DNA of 64,000 nt from Promethearchaeota archaeon (GTDB taxonomy: Archaea; Asgardarchaeota; Heimdallarchaeia; Hodarchaeales; Hodarchaeaceae), in the NCBI GenBank assembly GCA_048938105.1, contig JBHLMN010000003.1, positions 32,001-96,000 on the forward strand. Reading direction: 5' to 3'. Shown here in pieces: positions 59,829 to 64,000 of this stretch. Within the stretch, counting starts at the first letter, position 1. Every line of letters begins with the position of its first letter. The translations under genes were made by a program, and so were the position numbers. The notes beneath the pieces were generated by a model, which saw nothing but the letters and a program-made list of their open reading frames with translations, did not search any database and was not told the DNA's origin.

Positions 59829-61175
59829 TCAATCTTTTAGTTTCATACCTTCTTTATCATTATTAAGTAGTTGAGTTAATTTATTAACAACCTGCTTGAA
59901 GTTAATCTTTTGTTCTGAACCATCTCTCATTACTCTGAGAGTTACATTCTTGTTTGCCAGATCTCGTTCTCCCAAGATAATAACATAGGGAATCTTACTC
60001 CGGTTCGCGTAATCTAAATTTTTTGATAAACTGCGATTTAATAGATCAAACTCAGCACAAATATTATTCTGTCTCAATTCAATGGCTAATTTCATTATCG
60101 TATCAAGTGTATTAATTGATATAAGGAAAACATCTGTCACTGAAGGTTTACTTTCCCAACGAGTAACAAAAGCATCATAAATTGTGTCCAATCCAAAGGA
60201 AATGCCTGTAGCTGGATATTGTTCATCTTTTATTCCAATGAATTTCCCTATAATTTTGTCATATCTCCCACCACCACATAGAGAAGAATCTATGATCCCA
60301 GCTTCTTTTAAAAAAGCCTCAAAAACGGTTCCTGTATAAATTTCAAGTCCCCTTGCGAGACTGTACAATAACTTAACTTTATCTTCGATATTAAATAATT
60401 GTAAATAATGATGGAGTTCTCGTAATTCATTAATCCCTTCTTTTCCAATTTTGTTTCCTATCCGGGGTTCTAATTGGCTTAAAATTTCTAAGTATGATCC
60501 TTCATAGTTAAAGTAACTAAAAACCTCATCTATGATATTCGAAGGCACTCCTTTTACTTCTAATTCCTCTCGTACTCCATCCATGCCTATTTTTTTCAGT
60601 TTATCAATAGAAAGAATTGTAGTATCTAAGATGTGTTTAGGAACTCCTGCAGCGAGTAAAATTCCCGTTAATAGCTTCCGATTATTGACTTCTAGATATA
60701 CATCCAACCCCAATCTTGAAAAAAGGTGATGTGCCAATGCTAAACACTCTGCATCTGCTAATGTCGATGCTACTCCAATTATATCAGCGTCACATTGAAC
60801 GAATTCTCGGTAACGGCCTTTTTTGATGGGACCGTCACGGAAACATGTCCCAATTTCGTACCGTTTAAAGGGCCTTCCAATTTTTGGGTTCATCCCTATT
60901 AATCTCGCCAAAGGAACAGAAAGGTCATATCTCAATCCGAGTTCTCTATTTCCTTGATCAGTCAGACGATAAGTTTCTTTCAAAATTTCAGCTCCTCCTG
61001 CATATTTTGATGAAAGAATATCCCATTTCTCCAGAATTGGAGTAGTTAAAGGACGAAATCCATATAATTGGAAAACTTCCTTAATAATTTCCAATATTTT
61101 CTCACGTAGCAACTGTTCCTCAGGAAGGTGATCATTTGTTCCTTTTAGAAGAGAAAGTTCAACCATTTCAATCAC
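59829..61175 (-). CDS. hisS: Histidine--tRNA ligase
   Basis: KGTND, LRYDLSVPLAR, FRDGPIKKGRYREFVQCD, LARGLEIYTG and GGGRYD motifs plus anticodon-binding domain. Confidence 0.96.
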   Translation of the reverse strand: MIEMVELSLLKGTNDHLPEEQLLREKILEIIKEVFQLYGFRPLTTPILEKWDILSSKYAGGAEILKETYRLTDQGNRELGLRYDLSVPLARLIGMNPKIGRPFKRYEIGTCFRDGPIKKGRYREFVQCDADIIGVASTLADAECLALAHHLFSRLGLDVYLEVNNRKLLTGILLAAGVPKHILDTTILSIDKLKKIGMDGVREELEVKGVPSNIIDEVFSYFNYEGSYLEILSQLEPRIGNKIGKEGINELRELHHYLQLFNIEDKVKLLYSLARGLEIYTGTVFEAFLKEAGIIDSSLCGGGRYDKIIGKFIGIKDEQYPATGISFGLDTIYDAFVTRWESKPSVTDVFLISINTLDTIMKLAIELRQNNICAEFDLLNRSLSKNLDYANRSKIPYVIILGERDLANKNVTLRVMRDGSEQKINFKQVVNKLTQLLNNDKEGMKLKD

Positions 61176-62662
61176 GGAATTCTGGTTTGATAGAGGTTAA
61201 AATAAGCATTTGCCGAATTTTGCCAAGAGAAATCTTGTTGCATTCCTCTTCGCATCAATTTACTCCACTCAAGTTTAGACTGGAAAACTTGGAGTGCACA
61301 TTCGATAGCTGCTAAAAAATCCTCTTCATCATATGATTCGAATAAAAACCCAGTACCTTTTTTAGAATCAGATGTATAGTCAATAATGCTATCTGTTAGC
61401 CCTCCTGTTTTGAAAGCGATGGGTACTGTTCCATACCTCAAACTATATTTATCATTTAATCCACATGGTTCATAGCGAGAAGGCATAAGGAGGATATCGG
61501 CACCAGCTTCAATCTGATGTGCTAAGTAATCATTATAGGTCAAAGCAATACCTATTTTTGACGGATATTGCTTAGTTAATGCATTAAACTGTTGTTCTAA
61601 TTTTGGGTCTCCCACACCTAGTAGCACAAATTGAACTCTGTCTTGTTCCAATAATCTTGGAATCACCTTAAGGACTAATTCCATTCCCTTTTGCCATGCT
61701 AATCTTGATATTACGCTAAGAATTGGAATTGAAGGATTTTCACTTAGAAGAAAATACTGTTGAATTGCTGCTTTACATATTGATTTTCCATCTAGATCTC
61801 TACTAGAGTAATTAGATGGAAGGTACTGATCTGTTTCAGGATTCCAAATAGAATAATCAACACCATTAAGAATCCCGAAGATTTTTGACTGATTCTTTCG
61901 TAATAAGTTCTCTAATCCAACTCCAAACTTTTTTGTTTGAATTTCTTTTGCATATGTGGGACTGACTGTTGTAATCATATCAGAGTACAATATTCCTGCC
62001 TTCATTAAACTAAATTTTCCCCAATACTCTAAAGAATCATAATAGGAGGAGTCAATTCCTAACAAATGAAACTGTGAACGGCTGAACTTACCCTGATAAG
62101 CTAAATTGTGGATTGTATAAACACGAAGGGGTGTACTTTTCTGGAAAAAACTTAATACCTCTGTATAAAGCCCAATCAAAGCGGTTTGCCAATCGTGCAT
62201 ATGGAAAACATCATATGATGTTGATGATGATAGATGTTTAATTGTTTCCAACACCCCACGACAAAAAAATACAAAACGAGCTAGGTTATCTCGATAATCT
62301 TTACCATTCTTCACATATAATTGCGAACGATGTCTAAAAAAATGATAATTATCAATAAAGTATATCGTAAGATCAGGTAAATCAGTTTTTAGCTTTATGG
62401 TTGTACCTTTATAACTTCGTGAACCGATTTTTATCTTGAATTCAAATTGAAGATTCGTTACCGGTAGTTCTTGACGTTCTATTTCTCGGTAATATGGAAT
62501 AAAAACATCAATTTGGGTACCTATCGCTGATAAAGCTCGAGGGAGAGACCCAATTACATCAGCTAATCCCCCTGTCTTGATGTAAGGCACCATTTCACTT
62601 GCAAACATTGCGACTCTCATTCTTGTAACCTCAATATTATTAAACTTATTATTTTGGGCCAC
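61172..62662 (-). CDS. glgA: Glycogen synthase, GT5 (ATG 62620 is an alternative start)
   Basis: KTGGLADV, HDWQT, TIHNLAYQG, GILNGVD and MPSRYEPCGL motifs. Confidence 0.95.
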   Translation of the reverse strand: MAQNNKFNNIEVTRMRVAMFASEMVPYIKTGGLADVIGSLPRALSAIGTQIDVFIPYYREIERQELPVTNLQFEFKIKIGSRSYKGTTIKLKTDLPDLTIYFIDNYHFFRHRSQLYVKNGKDYRDNLARFVFFCRGVLETIKHLSSSTSYDVFHMHDWQTALIGLYTEVLSFFQKSTPLRVYTIHNLAYQGKFSRSQFHLLGIDSSYYDSLEYWGKFSLMKAGILYSDMITTVSPTYAKEIQTKKFGVGLENLLRKNQSKIFGILNGVDYSIWNPETDQYLPSNYSSRDLDGKSICKAAIQQYFLLSENPSIPILSVISRLAWQKGMELVLKVIPRLLEQDRVQFVLLGVGDPKLEQQFNALTKQYPSKIGIALTYNDYLAHQIEAGADILLMPSRYEPCGLNDKYSLRYGTVPIAFKTGGLTDSIIDYTSDSKKGTGFLFESYDEEDFLAAIECALQVFQSKLEWSKLMRRGMQQDFSWQNSANAYFNLYQTRIP

Positions 62663-62679
62663 ACTAAAGGTCTTTCATT

Positions 62680-63285
62680 TTGATCTTATCACCAGACACA
62701 ATCATTGTTCTATTTGTATTAATTTTTGGTTTAATTCATTCAGTACTTGCACGAGATTTCGCTAAAGAAAAGTTACAGATTATCAGCAACTATCGCCGTT
62801 TTTATATTCTTGTTTCGTTATTAACCTTGGTACTATTAATCTTAATAGAATTCAACTTAGCTCGGCAAGGAACCAAGATTGAAGTAATCATAAAAAATCC
62901 TCCTATTGGAATTCTGTTTGTTTTTATTGGTGGATTCTTATTTATTGGAAGTATGCTTCAATTGCGTCTTTCTAAGGGATTAGAGAAAAACCAGCTTATT
63001 AAGACTGGATTTTTCGCTTTTAGTAGGCATCCAATTTATCTAGGGGGAATAATTTTACTAATAAGCATGGGATTATGTTTTATTAACAATTCTGTTCATA
63101 TGTATTTTCTATTATCACTGGCACTTTATCTTTTCATCGGATCATTAATTGAAGATTATTATCTTCTTCGTAATGTTCCTGAATACCCTGAATACAAGAA
63201 GATTTGTGGAAAATACCTTCCTTGGAGAAAAAAACATATAATTTATTTTTTTCAAAACATATTACCAAAGAAAATAAAAGATTAA
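62680..63285 (+). CDS. ICMT/PEMT-family membrane methyltransferase
   Basis: LIKTGFFAFSRHPIYLG, IED and YPEYKK motifs with several TM helices. Confidence 0.8.
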   Translation: MILSPDTIIVLFVLIFGLIHSVLARDFAKEKLQIISNYRRFYILVSLLTLVLLILIEFNLARQGTKIEVIIKNPPIGILFVFIGGFLFIGSMLQLRLSKGLEKNQLIKTGFFAFSRHPIYLGGIILLISMGLCFINNSVHMYFLLSLALYLFIGSLIEDYYLLRNVPEYPEYKKICGKYLPWRKKHIIYFFQNILPKKIKD

Positions 63286-63398
63286 AGTTTATAATTATGA
63301 AGTGTTAAATATCATCGATTTTAAAGGAATCGTTCAAAAACAATTTCTAACCAACCAAGTCATTCGATGCCCTCCCACTGAAAGGAGTTGACTTCAAA

Positions 63399-64000
63399 AT
63401 GGACATCGAAATCAAGCTTAAAGAGATAAGAAAACTAGAAAAGAAAAAAAAGTGGGAAGATGCCAGTAAGGCGGCGGTTGAGTTAGCTGAATACCATATT
63501 GAAAAGAAGAATTTCATTGAAGGTTTAAAATATTTTGAACAAGCAATTTCAGCTCTGCAAAAGGAAAAAAAAGCAGAAAAAATAATTGTACTATATCGAA
63601 AAATAATTGGGGCCGCTAGAAAAGGTAAAGCTAAAACGAGAAAAGAATTATTTCGTTATGCGGCAGCTGCAATTCCTTTGATTGAGGAATACATTCGAGT
63701 TTTAAAAGAGAGTAATCGCTATATTTCCAAACATGGGGCTATGACTCGATATTTTCTTGGAGAATGTCGTGAAATTGTTTCTGGTATCACACAACGAGAT
63801 GATGAATTTATTAGAGCTGGGCATATATTTTTAGAAGTTGGGGAGAAGCTCACCAAAAGCAAAAAAACCGAAACCGAGGCAGACGAAGCTTTTGACAAGG
63901 CTCGTACAATATTCGATCTAATCAATAACAAAGAGGAGACGTTTAAAGCTCTTCTTCTAGAGGCCGAATTAAACGTTAGGAAATATCGTTTAGAGAGGGG
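63399..64000 (+). CDS. TPR-like alpha-helical repeat protein, runs off the right window edge
   Basis: Not in the ORF track. Hand translation from ATG 63399 (AGGAG upstream) gives MDIEIKLKEIRKLEKKKKWEDASKAAVELAEY...GLKYFEQAI and stays open to the end. Confidence 0.75.
   Translation, partial: MDIEIKLKEIRKLEKKKKWEDASKAAVELAEYHIEKKNFIEGLKYFEQAISALQKEKKAEKIIVLYRKIIGAARKGKAKTRKELFRYAAAAIPLIEEYIRVLKESNRYISKHGAMTRYFLGECREIVSGITQRDDEFIRAGHIFLEVGEKLTKSKKTETEADEAFDKARTIFDLINNKEETFKALLLEAELNVRKYRLER

Overview
AT-rich, gene-dense archaeal DNA. It is most likely from an Asgard archaeon (Heimdallarchaeia/Hodarchaeales-like). This is inferred from an Arf-like GTPase, a roadblock-like protein, a thiolase/DUF35 pair, T-tract terminators and large C-terminally anchored surface proteins. 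1-16.5 kb: a truncated N6-adenine methyltransferase, lipid/ketone metabolism genes (GK5-like glycerol kinase, Cys-less thiolase + DUF35, acetoacetate-CoA ligase, two alpha/beta hydrolases, SDR), a degenerate Arf-like GTPase, tandem 7Fe ferredoxins and an apparently inactive endonuclease V. 16.7-26 kb: a split Opp/Dpp ABC transporter. 26-54 kb: a cell-surface island, the best candidate for an undescribed system. A MacB/FtsX permease lies divergent from a ~18.7 kb three-gene operon. Its products are (i) a 2213-aa protein with a putative dead caspase-fold domain, amphipathic helices, an amphipathic beta-sheet, TSP3-like Ca repeats and a TM anchor, (ii) a ~3057-aa secreted FG-GAP/Asp-box propeller protein and (iii) a 6x PPC-like membrane protein. 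A convergent beta-helix protein with an inserted C-type lectin follows. 54-64 kb: a decayed propeller gene, an IS607-type tnpB remnant with an apparently intact omegaRNA/right end, vapBC, a nitrilase-family enzyme, a PLP enzyme, hisS, glgA, an ICMT-like methyltransferase and a truncated TPR-like gene. No tRNA, rRNA or CRISPR array was seen. All family calls come from motif recognition by eye; no searches were run.
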